Below are positions 9,215 to 19,126 of a stretch of 64,000 bases of DNA, one piece after another. Location of the stretch: positions 10,795 to 74,794 of the forward strand of contig JASJXX010000003.1 of assembly GCA_030123765.1 (NCBI GenBank). Reading direction: 5' to 3'. This DNA comes from Actinomycetota bacterium (lineage in GTDB: Bacteria > Actinomycetota > Acidimicrobiia > Spongiisociales > UBA5794). Within the stretch, counting starts at the first letter, position 1, and every line of letters begins with the position of its first letter. Made by a program: the position numbers and the translations under genes. Under the pieces are notes generated by a model that did no database searches, was not told the DNA's origin, and was given only the letters and a program-made list of their open reading frames with translations.

Positions 9215-9434
9215 TGCGGTCCTCGTTCCCCGTCCCGTATACGAGACATGCCGAGCCGCACCGGCTCGGCACACGCACGACACGTTCGGCTCGGGCGTTA
9301 AGCGCTCGGTGCCACCGTGTACGTTGTGTTCATTCGTTTACGTTTCGGAATTTCAAGTTTCAATACGTTTCGTGTGCCTTGTAGGACGATCCTACCCCAT
9401 GTGCCCGACTTCGGGAACGCGAAAACCGTGTTTC

Positions 9435-10496
9435 CTACGATTCCTCTTCTCCCACAGCAGCGTCAGCCCCCTCTGTCTCTTCTTCGTCCTCCTCTGAGCC
9501 GATGAGTCCAACAGCTCGCAGCACCCTGTCATGGAGCTGCGCTGCGATCTCGGAGTTCCTCCGCAGGTAATCCTTCGCTTTCTCGCGACCCTGGCCGAGC
9601 TGCTCACCCTCATACGTGTACCACGCGCCAGCCTTCTGAACGATGTTCTGCTCCACCGCAACGTCGAGAAGGCTGCCCTCGCGCGAGATGCCCTCACCGA
9701 ACATGATGTCGAACTCGGCCAGTCTGAAGGGGGGAGCAACCTTGTTCTTGACAATCTTCGTACGCACGCGGTTACCGATGTTCTCAGTGCCGACCTTGAT
9801 GGCCTCGATGCGACGGATGTCGATCCGGACGCTTGCGTAGAACTTCAGCGCGCGCCCCCCCGGGGTCGTCTCTGAGCTTCCCCACATCACACCAATCTTC
9901 TCGCGGAGCTGGTTGATGAAGATGACGGTGGTGTTTGAGCGATTGATCGTACCGGCAAGTTTCCTCAACGCCTGGGACATGAGGCGCGCCTGGAGACCGA
10001 CGTGAACATCTCCCATATCGCCTTCGAGCTCGGCTCTGGGCACCAATGCTGCGACGGAATCGATCACGACAACGTCGAGCGAGCCTGAGCGGATGAGCAT
10101 GTCCGTGATCTCGAGCGCTTGCTCTCCGGTGTCTGGCTGGGAGATCAACAACTCGTCGATGTCGACGCCAATCGCCTTCGCGTAGATCGGATCGAGCGCA
10201 TGCTCGGCATCGATGAATGCCGCCGTTCCGCCACAACGTTGCGCCTCCGCAAGCACATGGAGAGCGAGCGTGGTCTTCCCTGAGGACTCTGGACCGAAGA
10301 TCTCGACAATGCGGCCCCGCGGGATGCCGCCTATCCCGAGCGCGAGGTCGAGAGAGAGCGCGCCGGTCGAGATCGATCCGATGCGGCGTATCTCATCGGA
10401 GCCGAGGCGCATGATTGCACCCTTACCAAATTGGCGCTCGATCTGGGACATCGCCATCTCAAGGTTCTTCTCGCGATCCTTGCTCTCTATAGCCAT
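9435..10496 (-). CDS. recA: Recombinase RecA
   Basis: [41 protein letters not shown] 10496 follows an AAGGA RBS (alternative start GTG 10526). Confidence 0.97.
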   Translation of the reverse strand: MAIESKDREKNLEMAMSQIERQFGKGAIMRLGSDEIRRIGSISTGALSLDLALGIGGIPRGRIVEIFGPESSGKTTLALHVLAEAQRCGGTAAFIDAEHALDPIYAKAIGVDIDELLISQPDTGEQALEITDMLIRSGSLDVVVIDSVAALVPRAELEGDMGDVHVGLQARLMSQALRKLAGTINRSNTTVIFINQLREKIGVMWGSSETTPGGRALKFYASVRIDIRRIEAIKVGTENIGNRVRTKIVKNKVAPPFRLAEFDIMFGEGISREGSLLDVAVEQNIVQKAGAWYTYEGEQLGQGREKAKDYLRRNSEIAAQLHDRVLRAVGLIGSEEDEEETEGADAAVGEEES

Positions 10497-10599
10497 CTGC
10501 TCTTCCTTTTTGTCGGTTGTCGTCACCGTACCGAGTGCCTACGACAGATTACGTCGCGAATCACACGTTTGACATTCAATGGTGCAGCCAGAACACTAA

Positions 10600-10615
10600 C
10601 CGAACACGTGTTCGA
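10600..10615. promoter_or_regulatory. LexA box upstream of recA
   Basis: CCGAACacgtGTTCGA, adjacent to a TAGTGT -10-like hexamer on the minus strand. Confidence 0.85.
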
Positions 10616-10688
10616 TGTTGAGCCTTTCGCACGCAACCCGGCTCTGTTGGCGGAGGCCGCTCTCAGCGCCCGGGTAGCCCGGATGACG

Positions 10689-11243
10689 CTATCGACCCAG
10701 CGGGATCGATTCGACGACACCGTATCGCACTCCGTCACGGGTGGAGAACGTGCGAAATAGCGTGATTGACGTCACATCCAGCGGGACACGGTACTCACCG
10801 AAAGCGGCGAGCAGGCCGCGCAGATCCTGGGCCGGTCTGAGGCGTGACAGCGTCAGGTGGGGCACGTAATGACGATCCTCCGGTGGAGTCCCGATATCGG
10901 ATGCGGCCTCATCTGACAGGGCTGCGAGGTAGGTGAGAATCCCTGACGGGTCGTCAATCGACCCGTACACGACCCGCGCCTTTGCCGGGGTAGGGAAGGC
11001 GTCGAGACCGTCGCACCACACTCTCGCGGGTGCTACGTCAACGGTCGCAGCAAGGTGGTGCATGATCCGCTCACCATCTCCGTCGGAACACTCCCCGAGG
11101 AAACGCAGCGTGATGTGCCAGTTCTGGGGAGGATGCCTTCGCCCGGGCAGGGGGCGACCAGGGCTCGCGTCGGTGAGCGCTGCCGCCAGCCGGTGCCGTT
11201 CATCGTCTGTCACGTCGACCGCCAGGAACGCGTGAGCGGTCAC
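10689..11243 (-). CDS. thpR: RNA 2',3'-cyclic phosphodiesterase (2H family)
   Basis: Two HxT motifs (WHITL, PHLTL); cinA-thpR-recA synteny. Confidence 0.9.
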   Translation of the reverse strand: MTAHAFLAVDVTDDERHRLAAALTDASPGRPLPGRRHPPQNWHITLRFLGECSDGDGERIMHHLAATVDVAPARVWCDGLDAFPTPAKARVVYGSIDDPSGILTYLAALSDEAASDIGTPPEDRHYVPHLTLSRLRPAQDLRGLLAAFGEYRVPLDVTSITLFRTFSTRDGVRYGVVESIPLGR

Positions 11244-12481
11244 GACTCCAGAATCGCCCTGCGAACGAGATGCAGCGCAGCTGTCGCGGCATAGGATCTC
11301 ACCTGTTCCCGGTCTCCCGGCAGATGAAGCGTGTTCACCGTAGCGCGGTGCGGCGTCGCCACGGCAACGATCATCGTCCCGACAGGCTGTTCGAGTGGCT
11401 CAGGCCCTGCAGATCCCGTCACGGCAACCGCCACGTCGACCCCGAGTACCGACCGCGCTCCTTGCACCATCGCCTGTGCCGTCTCCTCTGAGACGACACC
11501 GTGTTGGGTGATCGTCTCGGCAGGCACGCCAAGTATGCTCGCCTTGAGATCAGACGCGTATGCGACCACGGATCCACGGAACGTCCCGCTCGCGCCGGGG
11601 AGGCTCGTGAGCCTGCGTCCCACCAGACCACCGGTCGCAGACTCTGCAGTCCCTATCGTCCAGCCGCGACTCTCAAGTTCGGTCCGGATGACTCGCTCGA
11701 TCGTGTCGTCGTCAGCGCCGAAGATGCGATCGCCGATGCGGCGGCGCACTTCGGCTTCAACCGGAGCAATGAGCGCGCGGGCCTCCTCGTCTGAGCGAGC
11801 GAGAGCGGTGATCCTGATCTTGATCTCGCCCGCTGACGCGAGGAACGCGATGCTGGGATTCTCGGAAGCATCGAAGAGGTCTTGGAGTTCCTCACCTACC
11901 TTCGCCTCGGCCATTCCCCAGCTGCGCAGCAGTCTGCTGACGACCACGCGACCTCCGCCCTCCTCCTCACGCAGGAGCGGGAGCACACCCTCGTCGACCA
12001 TCGCGAGCATCTCTGCGGGCACACCGGGGACGGCGAAGATCCAGCATCGGTCAACGCGTATGTGAAACCCCGGCGCGGTGCCTTTGCGGTTCGCCAAGAT
12101 CCCAGCACCGTCAGGGCGGTACGCCTGCCTGAGGTTCGACTCGGGGAAATCAAGGTCCGGCCTCATCCTGGCCCACCGCTCCCTGAGCGCCTGCTCGTAC
12201 GCCCTGTCGTACACGAGCGGGACACCGGCCACCGCGGCGACAGCCTCGCGCGTGATGTCGTCCGCCGTTGGGCCAATCCCTCCCGTGATGATCAATGCGT
12301 CGCAGCGGTCCGCGGCGGCCCGGATCGCAGCCTCCATACGCGTCGCGTTATCCCCTACAACGGCCTGGTTCAAATGCGTGAGACCGCTCTCCGCGAGCCT
12401 CGTGGCAATCTCTCTGGCATTCGTGTTCGCGATCTGGCCGAGGAGAAGCTCGGTGCCAACAGCGAGGGTCTCGACGATCAT
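11240..12481 (-). CDS. cinA: Competence/damage-inducible protein CinA (MoCF domain plus PncC NMN deamidase)
   Basis: VGTELLLG, TGGIGPTADDIT, PGVP, TAESATGG, GVVSEE. Confidence 0.92.
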   Translation of the reverse strand: MIVETLAVGTELLLGQIANTNAREIATRLAESGLTHLNQAVVGDNATRMEAAIRAAADRCDALIITGGIGPTADDITREAVAAVAGVPLVYDRAYEQALRERWARMRPDLDFPESNLRQAYRPDGAGILANRKGTAPGFHIRVDRCWIFAVPGVPAEMLAMVDEGVLPLLREEEGGGRVVVSRLLRSWGMAEAKVGEELQDLFDASENPSIAFLASAGEIKIRITALARSDEEARALIAPVEAEVRRRIGDRIFGADDDTIERVIRTELESRGWTIGTAESATGGLVGRRLTSLPGASGTFRGSVVAYASDLKASILGVPAETITQHGVVSEETAQAMVQGARSVLGVDVAVAVTGSAGPEPLEQPVGTMIVAVATPHRATVNTLHLPGDREQVRSYAATAALHLVRRAILES

Positions 12482-13794
12482 GGCTGCACCACCGTTCCCG
12501 ACAGATCCGTTCCGTACGCGCCGTCGATCCTGACATCCACCCACTCCCCTGTCTCCCCCCGGTCGAGCAGAATGACGCCGTCGATCTCGGGGGCCTCCCT
12601 GTAGGAGCGCCCGACAGCCTGACCATCCTCGATCTGATCGACGAGCACCTCAAGGACGCGTCCGACGGTCGCTGCATTCGACGCCGAGGTGACATCGTCC
12701 TGGACGCCCTGGAGGTGTCGCATACGTTCGGCGATGACCTCCCCTGGTACCTGATCCGGCAGCGTGGCCGCGTCGGTGCCCTCCTCCTTGGAGTAGGCGA
12801 AAAAACCGGCCCAGTTGAGTCTCGCCTCGGTGAGAAAGTCGGCGAGATGCTCCACATCGTCCTCGACTTCACCGGGGAAACCAACGATGAAACTCGAACG
12901 GGTAGCGGCCTGCGGGGCGGCCTTGCGAATTCGATCGATGAGCTCGAGATGCCGCTCACCGCTCCCTGGCCGCCGCATCGCACGCAGTAGCGCGGATGAA
13001 GAATGCTGGAGGGAGAGGTCGAAGTAGTCGGCGATGACCGGATGTCCTGCCATGACATCGATGAGGCCCTGTCGTATCTCTCTCGGATACAGGTAGTAGA
13101 GCCGCAGCCTGCCCAAGCCCTCGATCGACGCGGCACGATCAACGAGCTTCTCGATACTGCCCGCGTCGTTCTCCCGTCCGTATGCAGCGAGGTCCTGAGC
13201 GACGAGGACGATCTCCTGCACGCCAACAGAGACAAGTCCCTCCATCTCAGCGATGATGCTGTCACCCGGTCGTGACCTCTGCTTACCGCGGATGAGAGGG
13301 ATCGCGCAGAAAGTGCACGTCTTGTTGCACCCCTCGGCAACCTTGACGTAGGCGAACGGCGTGGAAGGAGTCGGACGTTTCACGAGATCGAGAATGTCCA
13401 TGCGCGAGCGGCGCAGTCCGGTGAAGTTGACGGGTTGCCAACCTGTCAACGAGTCGAGCTCGTCAAGGAGTGACGGGTACCGGTCCAGTCCGATCACGGC
13501 GTCTGCCTCCGGGAGAGCCTCGACGAGCTCCTGCTCGTAGCGCTGAGCCATGCACCCCACCACCACGAGCTTGGCATCCTCACGTTTGACATCTGCGAGC
13601 TCAAGGATCGTGTTCACGGACTCTCTGCGAGCATCCTCGATGAAGGCACACGTGTTCACCATCACTACGTCTGCCGACTCCGGTTCGGTGGCCTGCTCAT
13701 ATCCCGAGTCGCCGAGAATGGCAGTGATCTTGTCGGAGTCGACCTGATTCTTTGAGCAGCCGAGCGTCGTTAGCCAGACAGTGGGTGCGGACAT
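12478..13794 (-). CDS. rimO: Ribosomal protein S12 methylthiotransferase
   Basis: LGCSKNQVDS, VNTCAFI, EGCNKTCTFC, APEIDG. Start ATG 13794; the ORF-track extension is spurious. Confidence 0.95.
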   Translation of the reverse strand: MSAPTVWLTTLGCSKNQVDSDKITAILGDSGYEQATEPESADVVMVNTCAFIEDARRESVNTILELADVKREDAKLVVVGCMAQRYEQELVEALPEADAVIGLDRYPSLLDELDSLTGWQPVNFTGLRRSRMDILDLVKRPTPSTPFAYVKVAEGCNKTCTFCAIPLIRGKQRSRPGDSIIAEMEGLVSVGVQEIVLVAQDLAAYGRENDAGSIEKLVDRAASIEGLGRLRLYYLYPREIRQGLIDVMAGHPVIADYFDLSLQHSSSALLRAMRRPGSGERHLELIDRIRKAAPQAATRSSFIVGFPGEVEDDVEHLADFLTEARLNWAGFFAYSKEEGTDAATLPDQVPGEVIAERMRHLQGVQDDVTSASNAATVGRVLEVLVDQIEDGQAVGRSYREAPEIDGVILLDRGETGEWVDVRIDGAYGTDLSGTVVQP

Positions 13795-13886
13795 ACCGGG
13801 AGTGTACGATGACACCCACCCAGACGTGAACGCAGGGTCACACCACGAGACCCGCTCTCTCCGAGAGGCTCCCGGACCCTGGTCCC

Positions 13887-14768
13887 CTAATCGAGGGGGA
13901 CCATCTCTCCTACACGTTTGCGGAACTGGATCCGCTGCGTGTAGCCGACAGAGCGCGCGAGCTCTATCGCCTTGTGACGATCGCGTGCAGCGTGCTGGGG
14001 GATGTGCGCGTCCGAAGCAAGGGTGATCGGCACCCGGTGATTGTAGAAGCGTTCGAGGAGCGGCCTGGCTGGGTACATCTCCCTCGCCGGCTGGTAGAGC
14101 CCCGCGGTAGATATCTCCACGCCGGTTCCGCCCCTCGCGGCTGCGACCGCGAGTTCCTCGTACAGGTCGAGAGGCGGCTCCTGGAGATAGACGCCCTGCT
14201 TCTTGATCACGTCTGCGTGGGCGAGGATGTCGAACAGCCCGGACGCGGCGAGCTCTGTCTCCGTACGAAAGTAGTCCTCGTAGGACTGAACGGGGCCACG
14301 GCGCTCGAACTCGGAGACCTGCTCTGCGAGGTCGATGCCCCATGCTCCGAGCCAGTGGGTCGAAGCAACGAGATAGTCGAAGGGGTACGGCTCGAGAAAC
14401 TCGGCGACCGCGTCCGCCGTCTCAGGGAAGAAGTCGACCTCGAGCCCCAGCAGCACTGGAAGGCCCCGATCCTTCGCATCTACTACGGCTTGCACGTACC
14501 GCTCTAACGACAGGACACGTTCTGAGCGCACATACGATCTGGCGTAATCCCGGAGATCCTTTCGAGGATCGTCCTCCCACCAGCGTCCGAGCACCGTCAC
14601 AGACTCCACGCACCGATAGAGGTGTTCCGTGAAACCGACCTCATCCGCACCATTGGCGAGCGCCGTCTCAACGAACGCTTCGATGTGGCCGATCGGATAC
14701 TGCCCCGGTGGCGGTCCCACGCCGTCATACGGCCCGTGCTTGTGGAGATGTACGTGGTAGTCGCCCAT
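13887..14768 (-). CDS. PHP-family phosphatase (histidinol-phosphatase HisK type)
   Basis: DYHVH, FTEH, GLEVD, AHAD, ASDAH PHP motifs. Confidence 0.8.
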   Translation of the reverse strand: MGDYHVHLHKHGPYDGVGPPPGQYPIGHIEAFVETALANGADEVGFTEHLYRCVESVTVLGRWWEDDPRKDLRDYARSYVRSERVLSLERYVQAVVDAKDRGLPVLLGLEVDFFPETADAVAEFLEPYPFDYLVASTHWLGAWGIDLAEQVSEFERRGPVQSYEDYFRTETELAASGLFDILAHADVIKKQGVYLQEPPLDLYEELAVAAARGGTGVEISTAGLYQPAREMYPARPLLERFYNHRVPITLASDAHIPQHAARDRHKAIELARSVGYTQRIQFRKRVGEMVPLD

Positions 14769-14803
14769 GGCAGAGACGCTAGTCAGCAATCAGACATCAG
14801 ACG

Positions 14804-16141
14804 TCAACGCCCCGGGGGTAGAAGAACGAGCTCTTCGAAGCCGCACCTCATCGCCGCAACAAGTTGATCGATCTCGTCCTCCCCCATCTGGGTTGACATG
14901 GAAGCCGAACAGGTGTTGATCATCAGAATGCCCGCATCGAGGAGGTTCTCCAGCAGCAGCCTGAGGCTCCTCGACTCCCGGAGAGTGGGGAACGCCTCAC
15001 GGTAGTTCGCCGGGGGTGCATCCTTGAGGTGCACCCTGATCATCGAGCCACCTGCGGTGACGCAAGCCGACACGCCTGTGGCCTCGATCGCGCTCTCGAT
15101 GCCATCCACAGCACGTCTCGCAAGGCCATTGACGTGGGCAACTGCGTCGTGGTCGAACATCTCCATCGTCACAAGCCCCGCAGTCATCGTGACCGGATTC
15201 GCAGAGAAGGTCCCCGAGTGGGGGAAGAGAACATCGCCGACGAGCGGGTTCATGACGTCCATGACATCCCGGCGACCTGCGATCGCTCCGACCGGAAATC
15301 CACCACCGATGAGTTTCCCGAGCGCAGTGAGATCAGGCACGGCGTCGTACCACTCCTGGGCTCCCCCGTACTCGGAGCGGAAGGTGATGACCTCGTCATA
15401 GACGAGCAAGGAGCCGTCCACCAGAGTCCAGTCGCGCAGAGCCGAGACAAATTCCGGTTCCGCAGGCGTCAGCCCGACTCGATGGGGCATCAGATCCAGA
15501 AGGACGCACGCCAACTCGCCTCGGTGCTCATCAAGAATCGCGAGAGCGTGCTGCGGGTCGTTGAAGGGGATCACGACAACATCCTCGAGCACGGAGGGCG
15601 GAGTACCGAACGCGACCGGCACGCTCGCCGGGTGCGCCGCACTCCCCCAATTTGACGGATTCGACGTCTGGCTTATCTCCGCGTAGTCGTACACACCATG
15701 GTACGCCCCTTCTACTTTCGCGATCTTGTGGCGTCCTGTGAACGCCCGAGCCGCCTTCAACGACGCCATCACGGCCTCGGTCCCCGAGTTCACGAACCGC
15801 AGCTTCTCAAACCCTTCGTTCCTCCCGCAGAGATGCTCGGCGTAGCGCACCTCGATCTCAGTGGCCAGGGTGAAGGCAGTGCCTCTGGCGAGCTGCTCGG
15901 TCACCGCTGCGACGATTGCAGGGTGGGCGTGGCCGTGAATCAGCGACGCCATGTTGTTGGCGAAGTCGATCCGCTCCACACCCTCGATGTCGGTGACTCG
16001 GCACCCCGAAGCCCGGTCGGCATAGAGGGGGTGCGGTTCGCGCAGCACCGTGTTGCGGCTCACACCGCCGGGAAGCACCTTGAGGGCGCGTGCGTAGAGT
16101 GAGGCGCTGCGAGACGACGATCGTGGAAGGTCCGCAGTCAC
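14804..16141 (-). CDS. Class III PLP aminotransferase (GSA-aminomutase / beta-amino-acid transaminase-like)
   Basis: LPGGVSRN, RFVNSGTEA, GAYHG, YDEVITFR, LGKLIGGG (PLP Lys), HSGTFSANP. Has PGGVSR rather than the HemL PGGVNSPVR. Confidence 0.85.
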   Translation of the reverse strand: MTADLPRSSSRSASLYARALKVLPGGVSRNTVLREPHPLYADRASGCRVTDIEGVERIDFANNMASLIHGHAHPAIVAAVTEQLARGTAFTLATEIEVRYAEHLCGRNEGFEKLRFVNSGTEAVMASLKAARAFTGRHKIAKVEGAYHGVYDYAEISQTSNPSNWGSAAHPASVPVAFGTPPSVLEDVVVIPFNDPQHALAILDEHRGELACVLLDLMPHRVGLTPAEPEFVSALRDWTLVDGSLLVYDEVITFRSEYGGAQEWYDAVPDLTALGKLIGGGFPVGAIAGRRDVMDVMNPLVGDVLFPHSGTFSANPVTMTAGLVTMEMFDHDAVAHVNGLARRAVDGIESAIEATGVSACVTAGGSMIRVHLKDAPPANYREAFPTLRESRSLRLLLENLLDAGILMINTCSASMSTQMGEDEIDQLVAAMRCGFEELVLLPPGR

Positions 16142-16821
16142 GCGTCACCTCTCAGCGAGCCCCCGCGGATCGGGAGAAGCTCGGCGCCGGTCCGCTGCGC
16201 GACGTAGGCGAAGTCCACACCCTGGGCGAGCTCCACGAGCTGGAAACCGTCCGATGTCACATCGACGACGGCGAGGTCGCTGTAGATCCGATCCACGACC
16301 GCGGGGCCGGTCAGGGGATAGGTGCAGATCTCGACCAGCTTCGGCTCCCCCGCCCGGGTGCAGTGCTGGGTGACGACATAGATCGTTCTCACCCCTGCAA
16401 CGAGATCCATGGCGCCGCCCACAGCAGGGATCGCGTCGGACTCCCCCGTCGACCAGTTGGCGAGGTCGCCGTGTTGCGACACCTGCAGGGCGCCCAGCAC
16501 GCAGAGGTCGATGTGGCCCCCGCGGATCATCGCGAAGCTATCCGCGTGGTGAAAGAAGGAGGCTCCCTCAAGGGCGGTGACTCGCCGTTTGCCTGCGTTG
16601 ATCAATTCTGGATCGCCCTCGTCAAGCTCGGGTGACGGGCCCATGCCGAGCAGGCCGTTCTCCGTGTGGTAAATCACTTCTCTCCCCTCAGGGAGGTACG
16701 CCGCCACTCGCTCAGGGATCCCGATCCCGAGGTTCACGTAGGAGCCGTCGGGGATGTCGAGCGCCACCCTACGAGCCATCTCGTCTCGGGTCAGGCCGAT
16801 CGCTGGTGTCGTGTCGGTCAC
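16138..16821 (-). CDS. pcaJ: 3-oxoacid (3-oxoadipate-type) CoA-transferase subunit B
   Basis: VNLGIGIP, HTENG (catalytic Glu), INAGK, SFAMIRGGH, GDLANW, AIPAVGGAMDL. GTG start overlaps the subunit A stop. Confidence 0.85.
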   Translation of the reverse strand: MTDTTPAIGLTRDEMARRVALDIPDGSYVNLGIGIPERVAAYLPEGREVIYHTENGLLGMGPSPELDEGDPELINAGKRRVTALEGASFFHHADSFAMIRGGHIDLCVLGALQVSQHGDLANWSTGESDAIPAVGGAMDLVAGVRTIYVVTQHCTRAGEPKLVEICTYPLTGPAVVDRIYSDLAVVDVTSDGFQLVELAQGVDFAYVAQRTGAELLPIRGGSLRGDA

Positions 16822-17528
16822 GGGTACGACGCACCCTGGGCGACGAGTTGCGACTCCTGGACAGGGTTGCTGACCGTCACGATCCGGTCGACGAAGATCC
16901 CCGGTGTCACCACACACTCGGGATCTATCTCCCCGGGAGCAACAACCTCGCCGGACTGCACGATCGTGATCGCCGCTGCCATGGCCATGATCGGGCTGAA
17001 ATTGCGGGCAGTCTTGTTGTACAGCAGGTTGCCGTGGTGGTCGGCGACGCGGCACTTGATCAGGGCGAAATCTCCGCTGAGGCCGTATTCGAGGACGAAG
17101 TCGCGGTGCGCGAACGTCCGGCGCTCCTTCCCCTCTTCGAGCGGTGTCCCTACCGATGTCGGCGTGTAGAACGCGGGGATGCCCGCTCCACCCGCGCGGA
17201 TACGCTCCGCAAGCGTGCCCTGAGGCACGAGCTCGAGCGCCGTGCGGCCGCTGCGATACAGTTCAGGAAAGACGGTCGAGTTCGCCGTGCGCGGGTAGGA
17301 ACAGATCATCTTGGAAACCCTGCCGGCTCGGATCAGTGCAGCGAGCCCGACCTCTCCACTCCCCGTGTTGTTGTTGACGACGGTGAGATCCGTCGCGCCC
17401 TGGTCGATGAGCGCGTGGATGAGCTCTATCGGGCTCCCTGCCTCCCCGAAACCCCCCACCATGACGGTCGCGCCGTCGAAGATGTCCGCTACCGCTTCGT
17501 CACTACTCGCCGCTCGTTTGTCGATCAT
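16818..17528 (-). CDS. pcaI: 3-oxoacid (3-oxoadipate-type) CoA-transferase subunit A
   Basis: GGFGEAG, NNNTG, ICSYPRT (PcaI-like CSFPRQ), PQGTLAERIRAGGAGIPAFYT. Confidence 0.85.
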   Translation of the reverse strand: MIDKRAASSDEAVADIFDGATVMVGGFGEAGSPIELIHALIDQGATDLTVVNNNTGSGEVGLAALIRAGRVSKMICSYPRTANSTVFPELYRSGRTALELVPQGTLAERIRAGGAGIPAFYTPTSVGTPLEEGKERRTFAHRDFVLEYGLSGDFALIKCRVADHHGNLLYNKTARNFSPIMAMAAAITIVQSGEVVAPGEIDPECVVTPGIFVDRIVTVSNPVQESQLVAQGASYP

Positions 17529-17593
17529 CGTGTAGCCGCTCTCTCTGCTCGCGCATACCCGGCGCGTCGGACATCACCCAGGGCGCTCGTTGC

Positions 17594-19048
17594 CTAGGTA
17601 CCCTCCACTGCTCCGACAGTCAGGGGAACCTCACTCCGAGCGGCTTGCACCCGGACGTAGTCGAACAGTCCTGCCTCGTCATAGATCACGCGATCGGCGT
17701 AGTCGTCGAACCAGATCGCATCCCTATTCCGGCCGACAATACACACCTTGCCCCGATCCGGCGCGTCCTTCGCATTGCGCAGGATCTTGAAGATGAGCAC
17801 GCCGTTCTCCGACGCGGGTACACCCGGGATCGCTTCGTTCGTGACGGCTACGACCTCAGTCTTGCCCTTGTAATGTGTGATGGAGAGGCGGGCATGCGTC
17901 TCGACGCCTGAGAGACCCTTCTGCGACTCGTTGAGGATGTTCCACGCAGTCTCAATCGGGACATTGAAGGCCTGGTACGCGACGATGTCCCGCCCACAGA
18001 AGAAGTAGTGGTTCCCGACGCCGACCTGGTTGAGAGCCCGCTGCATGATGCGCAACGCGTCGGGGTCATCGTTGACGCCCTTGATGATCGGCGCCTGGTT
18101 CTCGACATTGATCCATCCGCGGGATACAACGTTCTCCATCGCCCGCCTCGTCCTCTCCTCCCAGACCAGCGTGCCGTTCGGGTTCTCCATGTACTCGCCG
18201 TCGACACCTCTGGTGAGGAACTCGTCGGGGTGGTTGAAGTGCACCATCAGCCGGAATGCAACGTCTGGATAGGTCGCGTGAAACCCGTCGATCATCGAGA
18301 GGAACGCCGTGTCGAACCGGTCCGGGTAGAAGGCCATCTCTTTCGTCCCCAGACGGATCGACTCGACACCCGCCTCAGCCAGTGCTGAGAGCCACGCTGC
18401 GATCTTGCTGTTCGGTAGCGCCATCGGGTCTCCGCCCGAGAGCAGGATCTCACGCAACTTCTCGCGGCCAGACTCAGGATGAAACCCACCATTGCTCGCC
18501 ACGATCTCGTTGTGGTCCCGGATGTAATCGGTGACCTCGCCAATCTGGGCGAGACCCTTCTTTGCGACGGTGCCGTCCTGACGTTCGATGTCCTTGCGGC
18601 CGATCAGCTCCTCGCGATAACAGAACCGGCAGTGCGCCGAACATGTCGAGATCACATACGCAAGGCCCATCTCGTACTTGTGGAGGAGTCCCTCTACGGG
18701 GCTGTAATCCATCTGGAAGCCGGGATCCTCGGAGCCTGCGAGATTCAGCGTCTCATCCGGACTCGCCTTGACCAGCTTCTGAAGTGGCTTGCTCGTCCTG
18801 GCCATCTCAAAGTAGTGACGGGTGATCTTCACGGGCATGCGAGCCTCAACGTCGCGATCCGTGCCGCGGAGACGAAGCAGATCGGCGATCTCCTCCTTCG
18901 AGTAGAAGCCGCCCATCTCTTCGGGCGCCCGGTCCTCGAAGAACGGGCTGAGCCCGCTGATGATCTGACGGTCATACTTCGGATTCTCGACGGTGTCGAG
19001 GAACGCCTGCTCCCTGGCAGTCGGAATGTACTTCTCTGACCTTGCCAT
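17594..19048 (-). CDS. Divergent KamA-family radical-SAM/PLP 2,3-aminomutase
   Basis: SPVEGLLHKYE, CSAHCRFCYR (CxxxCxxC plus Arg), ILLSGGDP, IRLGTK, HFNHP, NQAPIIKGVNDD, SG...KGK (PLP Lys equivalent). Confidence 0.85.
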   Translation of the reverse strand: MARSEKYIPTAREQAFLDTVENPKYDRQIISGLSPFFEDRAPEEMGGFYSKEEIADLLRLRGTDRDVEARMPVKITRHYFEMARTSKPLQKLVKASPDETLNLAGSEDPGFQMDYSPVEGLLHKYEMGLAYVISTCSAHCRFCYREELIGRKDIERQDGTVAKKGLAQIGEVTDYIRDHNEIVASNGGFHPESGREKLREILLSGGDPMALPNSKIAAWLSALAEAGVESIRLGTKEMAFYPDRFDTAFLSMIDGFHATYPDVAFRLMVHFNHPDEFLTRGVDGEYMENPNGTLVWEERTRRAMENVVSRGWINVENQAPIIKGVNDDPDALRIMQRALNQVGVGNHYFFCGRDIVAYQAFNVPIETAWNILNESQKGLSGVETHARLSITHYKGKTEVVAVTNEAIPGVPASENGVLIFKILRNAKDAPDRGKVCIVGRNRDAIWFDDYADRVIYDEAGLFDYVRVQAARSEVPLTVGAVEGT

Positions 19049-19126
19049 CTCCAACCTCACTTCGTGCTGATCCCGCGCAGAGACAGTGTAACATAATGCA
19101 TATCCGCTGTGTGCTACTGTAACAAG

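Noticed and set aside
13795-14343. 183-aa N-terminal extension of RimO in the ORF track
   Set aside because: It overlaps the PHP gene in another frame. RimO homology and a -10/leaderless start begin at 13794.
14804-16141. Calling the class III aminotransferase hemL
   Set aside because: It lacks the NSPVR signature, has no hem context, and is coupled to CoA-transferase genes.
17594-19048. Calling the radical SAM gene kamA/epmB (lysine 2,3-aminomutase or EF-P modification)
   Set aside because: The lysine-binding Asp positions appear substituted, and there are no efp/epmA or lysine-fermentation neighbours.
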